Assembly (NCBI GenBank): GCA_963782115.1
Contig: CAWAIK010000003.1
Span: forward strand, 320,001 to 384,000
From: an uncultured Verrucomicrobiae bacterium
GTDB lineage: Bacteria; Verrucomicrobiota; Verrucomicrobiia; Chthoniobacterales; JAFAMB01
Length of the DNA: 64,000 nucleotides
Reading direction: 5' to 3'
Part shown: positions 1 to 8,777 of the stretch, one piece after another
Numbering within the stretch: position 1 is the stretch's first letter
Layout of the letters: each line of letters begins with the position of its first letter
Translations under genes and position numbers: made by a program
Notes under the pieces: model-generated
What the model was told of the DNA's origin: nothing
Seen by the model: only the letters and a program-made list of their open reading frames with translations
The model's database searches: none

Positions 1-874
1 TAGTTTGGCTGTCCGGCTGGCCAGCGGGTTTGGCCACTACTCGCTCGTAGTTGAGGACCACATCAACTCCAGGCCGGATCGTCAGGCCCATGCCTGTGCC
101 TAGCCGGAGCGTGTCAGCGGCGTCGCGCTGGCCGACATCATTAATGCTCGTCTCACCCCCGACGTTGTAGTAGGCATCCGCCGACAACCACAATGCTGGG
201 GTAATATTGCGGCTCAGATGCCCATCGATCAGGAACAACGGTTTTTGGGAAAGCTTGGAGGCGTTGCCCACGCGATAATCGTGATTGGTCGTGAATGCCT
301 TGGTCGACAGATAAGTTTCGAGCCATGTCCAACCGTGATCAGGCGTGTAGCTGTAGTTGATGGTTGGAGCGAACGTCCAGCGGTTCGAACTGGGATTAAG
401 TATGTTCCCCGCATCATATTTTCCGAGCGGTGTGCCCAGGAAGAAATGAAAGCTCGCGAAGGTCTGGGGCACAAAGGATCGGAACTGTTCCTTTGTTAAC
501 GCAGGCCCGCCGAATATATTTACCTGCCAAAGGAGGCCTATATCCGAAAGCCCTTGATTCGAGGCGCTGAAAGCATCGGAACTTGCCTCCAAGTAGCGAT
601 AGGGAAGGATCACCGAGAACCCAGCAGTGCGGCCAAAGTAATCCATCGTCCGTGTAACGACGACCGACTGCGAAAGGACGTTGGAGCGAATGCTTGACGT
701 CACGTCCAGGCCGTCTTCGGGCGTCACTGACGTGGAATAGGCAACATCGTAGAACGTGAGCCAGGTGTCGATCGGTGCGTTTAGGTAATCACGGGCTGAG
801 CCGGCCAATCCCGTCCCAGGAGCCATCGTCAGGAGCGCGAGTCCGCAAAGAAATGCAGCCGCTTTGATGCACAT
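1..874 (-). CDS. Outer-membrane 'transporter' (SphA / Phenol_MetA_deg-like beta-barrel), 3' end outside window
   Basis: Hand translation from ATG 874 (in-frame alternatives 931/940): signal peptide MCIKAAAFLCGLALLTMAPGTGLA, then ARDYLNAP, GLSDIGL, NIFGGPAL, PLGKYD...NPSSNRW motifs typical of this family; open to position 1 so absent from ORF track. Confidence 0.65.
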   Translation of the reverse strand, partial: MCIKAAAFLCGLALLTMAPGTGLAGSARDYLNAPIDTWLTFYDVAYSTSVTPEDGLDVTSSIRSNVLSQSVVVTRTMDYFGRTAGFSVILPYRYLEASSDAFSASNQGLSDIGLLWQVNIFGGPALTKEQFRSFVPQTFASFHFFLGTPLGKYDAGNILNPSSNRWTFAPTINYSYTPDHGWTWLETYLSTKAFTTNHDYRVGNASKLSQKPLFLIDGHLSRNITPALWLSADAYYNVGGETSINDVGQRDAADTLRLGTGMGLTIRPGVDVVLNYERVVAKPAGQPDSQT

Positions 875-1165
875 CCTTTCGGAATTGCTTTCAAGGATAC
901 TTGCGGCATTTACATTAAACAGGTTGCACATCTTCCCCATCCTTCCATCGGACGCTGTTTTATGTGTCTGTACGACCGCGGATTGGATGACCTAGAATAT
1001 CAAGCAGATAGATTGTGGGAACGATTTTTTCCAGCGGCTTTCATCGTAGGACGTCTGACGGCTCACCGAGACAATCCAACTCGCCCCACAAACGTCATAC
1101 TGGTGCTGGATGCTCGTCGCTCGCGCCTTGAAAAATAGCCAACTGATCCGGCGACTGCCGGACGA

Positions 1166-2308
1166 CCTGCTCTCGGAGGAATACTGCTTCCGCCGATCGG
1201 AGCAAACCTCCTATTTGGGTTTAATGGGGTGGGTTTCCTCTTAGTCTTAGTCGCCGCCCTGCTGTGGAAGCGTGCGAGGCCCCAATCGCAGCTTCCGCTC
1301 GAAAGCTTTTTCGAGTCGTTTATAGGCGCGATTCGCTACGTGCAGTACACTCCGGGAATCAAGACTATCTTAACGCGAAGCGCGTTGTTTTCATTTTTCA
1401 TTTCGATCATTCCGGCATTGATGCCGGTGGTGGGTCTACAGGAGTTACATCTCGAGCCTGCAAACCTGGGATTTTTGTTCACCAGTATGGCGATCGGCTC
1501 AGTTATCAGTTCCATTTTTATCATTCCAGCGGCACGCTCCCGGTATTCGCCGCAACGGTTGACTACTTATGCCAATGCTTCGTTGATCGTGGTTTGTCTT
1601 TTGATGGCGACGATCCGATGGACGCACATGTTTTTAGTTGTGGCAGCGCTGGCCGGTGTTGCCTGGACCTTATCTTCCACCGAACTTTGGGTAGCAGGTC
1701 AACGTGCGATGCCAGACTGGGCGCGGGGCCGCATGAACGCGACGATCATCATGATCTCACAAGCAGCAACTGCACTTGGGAGCCTTGTCTGGGGAACGGC
1801 AGCTGCTACCACCGGAGTAGTGACCACGTTTCTGGCGACTGCCGGGCTCGCGATAGTCGCAATGATCATCACGCGCCTCCCCGCCTTTCGCCTATCGATC
1901 GACTTCACCACGGATCTGAATCTTGAACCCGCGCCGGCCACTATATTTTCAAATAATCCGAGTCGACTGCCTGAATCACCAGAAGGCCCGCTTTCGATTA
2001 CAACGGAATTCCGGGTCGATGCAGATCGCCGCCAGGAATTTTTCGATTTGGCTCGCCAAGTTCGACTGATTTACCTTCGGAACGGGCCGTACGGCTGGCA
2101 TTTGAAGGAGGATTTAGAGCGACCCAACAGCTTCCAAATAGAAATTATCGTTCCATCTTGGACACAAAATTTACGAAAACGCCAACGCATCACAAAAAAC
2201 GAAACAGAGATCATCGATAGACTTCACGGTCTGCACCTCGGTCCAAATCCGCCTAAGGAATGGACCTGCCTCCGTCTGGATAAGGAACTTCTCTCCAGCA
2301 ACCGGTGA
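1166..2308 (+). pseudogene. 5'-truncated MFS transporter (MFS_3/DUF894 type with C-terminal soluble domain)
   Basis: ORF 1229..2308 has only the C-terminal TM bundle (MPDWARGRMNA motif) plus the soluble tail; in-frame upstream sequence reads PALGGILL..GANLLFGFNG (TM5/6) and homology stops near 1160, next to a MITE remnant. Confidence 0.65.
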
Positions 2309-2416
2309 GGGGTTTTTGGCTTTCTCCGGATCAACGCGCCGGAATCTGCGAGGAAAAGAATCGTCCAGCGTGTTTATTCTTGTAGTTGTCGCTGGTCCCC
2401 TTTAAGAATCGATTTT

Positions 2417-2923
2417 ATGAATCGAAGAGAGGCTATTATGGCGGGCGCAGCCACTATTGCCGCGGCTGTCGTACTTCCACCCGCGGCGAGAGCGCAGACA
2501 GCTGTAACCGATGATAACCCTGATCTGGAGCCAATTCGGGCTCTGCTCGACGCACACGACGCGGCATTTACGAATCACGACATGGAGGGGGTAATGGCTA
2601 CCATGTCCCAGAAAGCGACAATCATGGGCTGCGGTCCCGAAGAAGTCTGGTCTGGTCCAGAGGAAATCAAAGCGGCCCACGAGCACCTATTCGAGAGGTT
2701 CGACGTTGGAGAACAAAATTTCGAATATGAGTTCAGCATTGGCGAAGTCTCGCCGGACACGGGTTGGATGATGACTTCCGGAAACGTTAATGGAAAAAAG
2801 GACGGAAAAGATTTTAACTTCCCTGTCAACATTTCGCTTTCCGTGAAGAAAGAGGGAGGGAAGTGGCTTATCGCCGCGATGCATTTTTCGACGCTGACCG
2901 ATGAAGTTCAAGATGAAGAGTAA
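2417..2923 (+). CDS. SnoaL/NTF2-like (DUF4440-type) protein with putative Tat signal
   Basis: MNRREAIMAG..ARA signal; IRALLDAHDAAF..HDMEGVMA start and GKWLIAAMHFS end typical of NTF2-like fold. Confidence 0.75.
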   Translation: MNRREAIMAGAATIAAAVVLPPAARAQTAVTDDNPDLEPIRALLDAHDAAFTNHDMEGVMATMSQKATIMGCGPEEVWSGPEEIKAAHEHLFERFDVGEQNFEYEFSIGEVSPDTGWMMTSGNVNGKKDGKDFNFPVNISLSVKKEGGKWLIAAMHFSTLTDEVQDEE

Positions 2924-2943
2924 GAGCCTGCCTTTTATTACTT

Positions 2944-3231
2944 ATGAATAGTCTACCATCTTCTGAAATAGGATCTGATAAAGAGCAGGAGTCATTGGAC
3001 AGGCGCTTATTTCTCCAGAGCATGGGGAAATGGTCTGGCGCCGCGATAGCAGCGCTGGGTTTTGGGGGTGCCTTGCTAGCCTCCGCACCGACGGTCGAAG
3101 CTGGAATTTGGATCAATCGATGGGGGCCTCGCCGCGGCGGATGGATCAACCGATGGAACGGTGGTCGCGGCAGGTGGATCAACCGATGGGGTGGTCGTCC
3201 TCGCAGAGGCCGGTGGATCAATCGGTGGTGA
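2944..3231 (+). CDS. Putative RiPP precursor: Tat-like leader + 4x WINRW core
   Basis: DRRLFLQ twin-Arg motif, hydrophobic stretch, VEA cleavage site; core GI-WINRW-GPRRGG-WINRW-NGGRGR-WINRW-GGRPRRGR-WINRW; directly upstream of rSAM/SPASM genes. Confidence 0.85.
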   Translation: MNSLPSSEIGSDKEQESLDRRLFLQSMGKWSGAAIAALGFGGALLASAPTVEAGIWINRWGPRRGGWINRWNGGRGRWINRWGGRPRRGRWINRW

Positions 3232-3253
3232 ATGATACTCTGGATCTATTGGC

Positions 3254-4096
3254 GTGTCTGAGGAAAAGCATCCATCTCTCAGGATCCTGCCATCTGCCTT
3301 GGCGGAGACACAAGGTGATGAACCCTTCGTTGCTGTGGTCCAAAGTGGGGAGGAACTTTGCCGATGGCTGCGCGATCCGCTCCCCGGCTTAAATTGGGTC
3401 CAGATCGAGGGCACCCTGGGCGACTCGGATTCCTGGATGGAGGCCGCGCACAGCGGTTCGGATGTTTCGCTCGACTTGATCCTCGCTGACCCGTCATCGG
3501 ATTTTCCGGACCTATACAAATTAGTGGACGTTTCCGCGGTTCACGACGTGCGGGTGACAATACAGGCTCAGCCGGGTTTGCTTAAGGCAGTTAAACTCGC
3601 TGCCGCGTTACGATTCCCGATTCGGATATTGCCTGGTCAACCGAAGGCGGACGCCCTGGCAGAGCTTAAAGAAGCTTTGGATTTCTATCTTCATGAACCG
3701 GCAGTCGAGGCACCGGTGGAGTTCTTTCACTCTTGGATCGCCAGCACCCGTGGCGCTGAGGTCGGCTCTTTGTGGATGATCCTTGAAGAAGATCCTGCTG
3801 CCTATCTCCAGTACGATATGAACGGACAGGCCAAGTTACCGCGCGCTGGCTCGCTCGGGTTGGTCGAAAACTCTCCCGCGGAATTCGTGGAGAATCATCT
3901 GAAGAGCCTTCTTGAACAGGGCGCTGAATGTGCGACCTGTCCCTGGCAAGAGTCATGTCGCGGTTATTTCAAATGGCCGGATCGCGCGTACTCTTGTGAA
4001 GGTATAAAAGATTTGTTTTCAGCCATTCAGGCGGCGGCGGACGAGATGGCTCGAGATTTGGCGAGTTGTGTCTTGCAAACCGCTCACCCTATCTGA
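3254..4096 (+). CDS. Uncharacterised rSAM partner with C-terminal SPASM-like Cys motif
   Basis: 280 aa; C-terminal CATCPWQESCRG...YSC (Cx2Cx5CxG..C) but no CxxxCxxC SAM-cluster motif; 22 bp after precursor, 9 bp before rSAM. Confidence 0.7.
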   Translation: MSEEKHPSLRILPSALAETQGDEPFVAVVQSGEELCRWLRDPLPGLNWVQIEGTLGDSDSWMEAAHSGSDVSLDLILADPSSDFPDLYKLVDVSAVHDVRVTIQAQPGLLKAVKLAAALRFPIRILPGQPKADALAELKEALDFYLHEPAVEAPVEFFHSWIASTRGAEVGSLWMILEEDPAAYLQYDMNGQAKLPRAGSLGLVENSPAEFVENHLKSLLEQGAECATCPWQESCRGYFKWPDRAYSCEGIKDLFSAIQAAADEMARDLASCVLQTAHPI

Positions 4097-4105
4097 TCGG
4101 AGCGC

Positions 4106-5251
4106 ATGGTGAGTGGCCGAGTTTTCAGCGTTATCCTTCTTCCGACCTCGGAATGCAATGTGGCCTGCGACTATTGCTTTGAGCACAAGGAACCTCATCG
4201 TCTGTCGACAGCCCTGTTGCCCCTCTTGACCAAGCGCTTGTTGGACCACCTTGAAAACGAGCGCATCGAGGATTGCGAGATCTACTGGCAGGGCGGCGAG
4301 GCTATGATCATGGGTCCTGAGTGGTTCGCGCATGCCGGAGAGGTTATGGACTCTGCGGCCGAGAAGCGAGGGCTACGCTTTGCCCACTATCTGCAAACCA
4401 ATCTGATCAGTTACTCGCCCTCGTGGAACGACGTGATCCACGGCATGTTCAGTGGCTCGATTGGCACCTCCATGGACTATCCGAACGTGCACCGCAAACT
4501 GTTTAGGGGCGGGGCCGAAGCATACACCAAACTCTGGACCCAGAGGCTTTGCGAGGCGAAAGCCGCGGGGATTGAGATCGGGGTAATTGCGGTGCTCCAC
4601 CAGGCCAGTCTGGAAGCGGGACCGGAAGACTTCTACCGGTATTTCACAGAGGAACTCGGACTAAGCGATTTCCAGGTCAATACGCCGTTTCCCGGTGGTC
4701 CGGCGAAACAGCATGAAAAGGATTTTAGGCTCGATTTGAAGGAGTTGGCCAAGTTCCTGGTCGGTCTTTTCGATGTCTGGATAGCGCGAGGCTATAGGTC
4801 CGGTGTGTCGCTCGGTCCGTTTGATGGGTTGATTGATCATTTCACGGGCAAGCAGGCGCGCCTGCCCTGCATCTGGAAGGAGAACTGCTCTAATCAGTTT
4901 ATTTCGGTCGATTCGAAAGGAACGGTTGCCCAGTGTGACTGTTGGGTTACTAGCTATCCAGAGTATTTTTTCGGCAACGTTTTTCAAGAACCCGACCTCA
5001 CCCGGATGCTAAAAACCAGCCGTGCCCGTCGAGATTTCGTCGAACGACCGAAGCGTTTGGTTAGGGACGAGGACTGTCTTTCCTGCCGTTATCTCTCAAT
5101 CTGCCACGGTGGGTGCCCGGTGCGAACCTACAGCGCTCTAGGCACGATGATGGCCAAGGATCCTTATTGCGAGGTTTACAAAGCCGTCTTCGCTTGTGCC
5201 GAAGCCCATGGCCGGGACATTTTGAGCAGGCGCCGGGCCACCGCTGCATAA
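4106..5251 (+). CDS. Radical SAM/SPASM domain peptide maturase
   Basis: CNVACDYC (CxxxCxxC), WQGGE, LQTN, SMD motifs; SPASM CIWKENC..GTVAQC..CLSCRYLSICHGGCP..DPYC. Confidence 0.92.
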   Translation: MVSGRVFSVILLPTSECNVACDYCFEHKEPHRLSTALLPLLTKRLLDHLENERIEDCEIYWQGGEAMIMGPEWFAHAGEVMDSAAEKRGLRFAHYLQTNLISYSPSWNDVIHGMFSGSIGTSMDYPNVHRKLFRGGAEAYTKLWTQRLCEAKAAGIEIGVIAVLHQASLEAGPEDFYRYFTEELGLSDFQVNTPFPGGPAKQHEKDFRLDLKELAKFLVGLFDVWIARGYRSGVSLGPFDGLIDHFTGKQARLPCIWKENCSNQFISVDSKGTVAQCDCWVTSYPEYFFGNVFQEPDLTRMLKTSRARRDFVERPKRLVRDEDCLSCRYLSICHGGCPVRTYSALGTMMAKDPYCEVYKAVFACAEAHGRDILSRRRATAA

Positions 5252-5294
5252 ACCATAAATTCGTTCAAGATCGAAATACTTGGAAAAATATCAC

Positions 5295-5786
5295 ATGAGT
5301 ACGCTGGTCGTGGTCGGATACGATGAACCCTATAAAGCGGACGAGATTCTTCTTAAGCTCCGCAAGCTCCAAAGAGACTACTTGCTGGATCTTGAAGACG
5401 CGGCAGTCGCCATCAAGGACCAGCAGGGCAAGGTTAAGTTGCATCAGACTGTTAACTTAACCGCAGCGGGCGCGATCAGCGGCGGCTTCTGGGGAGCGCT
5501 CATCGGTTTGATCTTTCTTAATCCTTTGCTAGGCTGGGCGGTGGGTGCGACGACGGGCGCGGTTTCCGGCGCGCTTACCGATGTCGGGATCAACGATGGT
5601 TTCATGAAAGAGTTAGCCGCCACGATGACTCCCGGCAGTTCAACCCTGTTTGTCCTGGTCACCAAAGCCACGCCGGACAAGGTGCTGGAAGAGCTGAAGG
5701 GGACAGGGGGTCGGGTTTTGAAGACCTCACTTTCGGACGAGGACGAAGCCAAAGTGCAGGCTGCTTTGAGTGCAGCAAAGTCGTAG
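5295..5786 (+). CDS. DUF1269 membrane protein
   Basis: MSTLVVVGYD..LEDAAVAIKD..GAISGGFWGALIGLIFLNPLLG..DVGINDGF..PGSSTLF..TPDKVL..TSLS signature. Confidence 0.85.
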   Translation: MSTLVVVGYDEPYKADEILLKLRKLQRDYLLDLEDAAVAIKDQQGKVKLHQTVNLTAAGAISGGFWGALIGLIFLNPLLGWAVGATTGAVSGALTDVGINDGFMKELAATMTPGSSTLFVLVTKATPDKVLEELKGTGGRVLKTSLSDEDEAKVQAALSAAKS

Positions 5787-6032
5787 AAACTTCTTCAAGC
5801 CAGAATCAAGCGGCAAACTCGGACCTTCCATTTAGCAACGGCTTGGCGAATCCACACAAGGCTTTCAAAGCAGCGCTCCACTCTGCGTGTATTGGTGAGA
5901 AAAGCGACTGTCTGTTGGCCGGGATCGTCGGTCAGGTCCATCTCCCGGCGAACAACCCAACGGGCGTCAGATCCTGTTGCATCTTCGCGATCACTATCGC
6001 ATCGGGTTGGTCCTAAACTTCAAAATGATCAT

Positions 6033-6170
6033 ATGTTCTGGGCAATCTTTGTCATTTTACTCGTACTCTGGGCGGTTGGATTGATCTGCCATATTGCCTT
6101 TAGTCATCTGCTTCTGGTAATTGCTTTGATCGTTTTAATTGTCAGGTTAGTCCGAGGCCGAACGCCGTAA
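6033..6170 (+). CDS. lmo0937/DUF5670-like small membrane protein
   Basis: MFWAIFVILLVLWAVG...HLLLVIALIVLIVRLVRGR, 45 aa. Confidence 0.7.
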   Translation: MFWAIFVILLVLWAVGLICHIAFSHLLLVIALIVLIVRLVRGRTP

Positions 6171-6335
6171 GGTTGGGCCGTTTTGTCGCAGCAGTCATGG
6201 ATTTTAAGATTCCCAGAAAATGTCTGACCAAGTAAACTAGTGGTCGCTTGAGCTACTCTTCAAAACCAGGCGGGGAACGGGTCCGAGTTCAGGAGTCTCG
6301 CTTGGATATCCAACTGCCACGACCGTAGCGACCCT

Positions 6336-7583
6336 ATGCAAACCCAACAGTGTGCGGCACTGCCAACTTTGTTTGCACTCCTCCTGGGTTTCGGACTGAT
6401 GTAGATGGGCAATACGTTGCAGGGCACGCTCCTGAGCATCCGGGGCGGGATCGAGGGCTTCTCGCCGGCTCAAATTGGTGCGGTCGGCGCAGGTTTCTGG
6501 GTCGGTATCGTGGTTGGTTCGCTCCGCTGTGGGAAGCTGATCCAGAGTGTCGGCCACATTCGCGCCTTCGTGGCTCTTGGAGCAGTCGCGTCGACTGCAC
6601 CCCTCCTGCACCTGCTTTTGATCGATCCGATCGCGTGGGTAGTGGCTCGCGCCCTGACTGGGTTTTGCTTTGCCGGGCTGTTCATCGTCGTCGAGAGCTG
6701 GCTCAACGGCGTCGCGACGGACGAAACCCGGGGTCAGATCCTGAGCGTCTACGCCATGACAGGGCTGTTGGCCGGGATCGTCGGACAGCTCCTGCTCCCG
6801 GTGACTGACTCGACGGGCTTCAGACCCTTCTGCATTGTGGCAATCATTATCGCATTTGCCTTGGTGCCGATCGCTCTGACGCGTGCCGAGGCGCCAACCC
6901 ATATCGGCGCCAGCGCCCGGATCAGCCTGAGAGAACTGTACAGGCAATCGCCCCTCGGGCTCGTAGCCGCCTCCCTGTGCGGGGTGACCGCCAGCGCCTT
7001 CTTTACCCTTGGCCCGATCTTCGCACAACAACGGGGTCTTGACACCGGCGGAGTTGCGGCGTTCATGGCGAGCGGGACCCTGGGCGCGTTCCTTTTGGCT
7101 TGGCCGCTTGGCTGGCTCTCGGACCGCCTCGACCGGCGCCTGGTCGTCATCGGCGCGGCGGTCACGGCCGCATTGACCCTGGTCGCCATGATGGCACTCA
7201 TACCGAACGACGCGCCCCGCTTGATACTCTACCTTTGCGTCGCCCTTTTCGGCGGAACAATCGTTCCGACCTACAGCATCGTCATGGCCCATGTGAACGA
7301 CTCTGTCGGCAAGGGCGAGTTCGTAGCCGCCTCGGGCGGCCTGCTGATCATGCAGGGCGCCGGCGCAGCGGTGGGGCCGGTGATCGCGAGGCTTGCCATG
7401 TCGGCTTTCCAGCGCGGTCTGTCGTACACGCTCATCGTGACGCAAATCCTCATGGCCGTTTGGGGAGTGTATCGGCTAACACGCAGGGCCGCTCCACCCG
7501 AGACGCACCAGGGGCCGTTCGTGGTCGAGCCGTCTATCCCAGTTGGAACCGCGCTCGCTTCGGGACATTCGAGAGCTGACTAG
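6336..7583 (+). CDS. YcaD-like MFS transporter with an in-frame TAG in TM1 (6402-6404)
   Basis: GNTLQGTLL, VGHIRAF, VESWLN..RGQILSVY, WPLGWLSDRLDRR motifs; ATG 6336 in frame, reading ..GFGLM*MGNTLQ. Confidence 0.8.
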
Positions 7584-7752
7584 TGCATCCGAATTTCTGG
7601 CCTGCTTGATTGAAGTTTGAAATCATCAGCGAGTTGAAGGTGGGTGTTGACATTGACCTATCAGCCTGAGATGAAGATGCCGAAGTAACTTTCAACAGCA
7701 CATTTCCCCCACTCCTAACGCTAAGAACGTGACTTAAAGGAAAGGAGAATAG

Positions 7753-8757
7753 ATGACGACGGCAGTAGCGATCGGCGAGTTAGGTATGTCCTGGTATGTG
7801 TCTACTGGTCGTTTGCCTCCCCCAGATCGGGTGACAAATTTAGTCGTCGAGGCGCACAACCGTTTCAAGTCCAACAGGGAAGGCGAGAACTCGACGGTCT
7901 ATCCGGCACTGGCGCGGGTGCCAAGCCATCTGTTCGGGGTGTGCCTGGTCGCTACCAGCGGCAACGTCTATGCGGTGGGGGCCGCAGAATACGAATTCGC
8001 GATCATGAGCGTCTCCAAGCCATTCGTGTTCGCGTTGGTCTGTCAGGAGCTGGGCGTGGAGGAGGTCCGTCAAAAAATTGGTGTCAATGCAACCGGGCTG
8101 GCGTTCAACTCCCTCGCCGGTATCGAACGGAACCCGGACGGCCGGACGAACCCGATGGTAAATTCGGGAGCGATCGCCACCACCAGCCTGATTCCGGGTG
8201 CCACCTTCGAAGCCAAATGGAAGTTCGTTCACGAAGGGTTGTCGCGGTTCGCCGGACGAACCCTGCCGCTTAACGAAGAAGTTTACATTTCTGCGTCCGA
8301 AACCAATTATCGCAATCAAAGCATTGCCCGTCTGCTGCAGAGTTACGGACGAATCTATATCGACCCAGCCCAGGCGGTGGATCTCTATACTAAGCAGTGT
8401 GCCTTGAATGTGAGCGCCAAGGATCTGGCAGTGATGGGAGCGACGCTGGCGGACGGCGGGGTAAATCCAATCACCAAGGAGCGGGTGATAGACGCCGCCG
8501 TATGCCATTACGCGTTGGCGGTCATGACCACTGCCGGCTTATACGAGACGTCTGGAGACTGGCTTTTCGACATTGGTCTTCCAGGCAAGAGCGGCATTGG
8601 CGGAGGGATCGTCACCGTCTCGCCGGGAAAAGGGGGACTAGGGACTTTTGCCCCGCCGCTCGACAACGCGGGCAACAGCGTCAAGGGCCAACTCGTGGCC
8701 AAATTCCTTTCTCAGCAGCTGGGAATGGATCTGTTCGTCTCGCAACCAGAGATTTAA
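7753..8757 (+). CDS. glsA: Glutaminase A
   Basis: YPALA, IMSVSKPF (catalytic SxxK), GVNATGLAFNS, NPMVNSGAI, GLYETSG, PGKSGIGGGI; RBS AAGGAG upstream. Confidence 0.93.
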   Translation: MTTAVAIGELGMSWYVSTGRLPPPDRVTNLVVEAHNRFKSNREGENSTVYPALARVPSHLFGVCLVATSGNVYAVGAAEYEFAIMSVSKPFVFALVCQELGVEEVRQKIGVNATGLAFNSLAGIERNPDGRTNPMVNSGAIATTSLIPGATFEAKWKFVHEGLSRFAGRTLPLNEEVYISASETNYRNQSIARLLQSYGRIYIDPAQAVDLYTKQCALNVSAKDLAVMGATLADGGVNPITKERVIDAAVCHYALAVMTTAGLYETSGDWLFDIGLPGKSGIGGGIVTVSPGKGGLGTFAPPLDNAGNSVKGQLVAKFLSQQLGMDLFVSQPEI

Positions 8758-8777
8758 TTCGGAGGAGTGAAGCCTAA

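Noticed and set aside
3109..3228. Four 15-bp direct repeats with 18-24 bp spacers resembling a mini-CRISPR
   Set aside because: Repeats are in frame, vary at synonymous positions, are too short, and there are no cas genes; they are peptide repeats.
4106..5251. Anaerobic sulfatase maturase (anSME) call
   Set aside because: The Cys pattern is anSME-like, but no sulfatase is in the window and a Trp-repeat peptide is adjacent; disfavoured, not formally excluded.
6402..6404. Pyrrolysine or stop-codon recoding
   Set aside because: TAG terminates several ordinary genes here and no pyl genes are seen.
6237..7445. 402-aa minus-strand ORF and other long antisense ORFs
   Set aside because: Shadow frames of well-supported genes in GC-rich DNA with no motifs.
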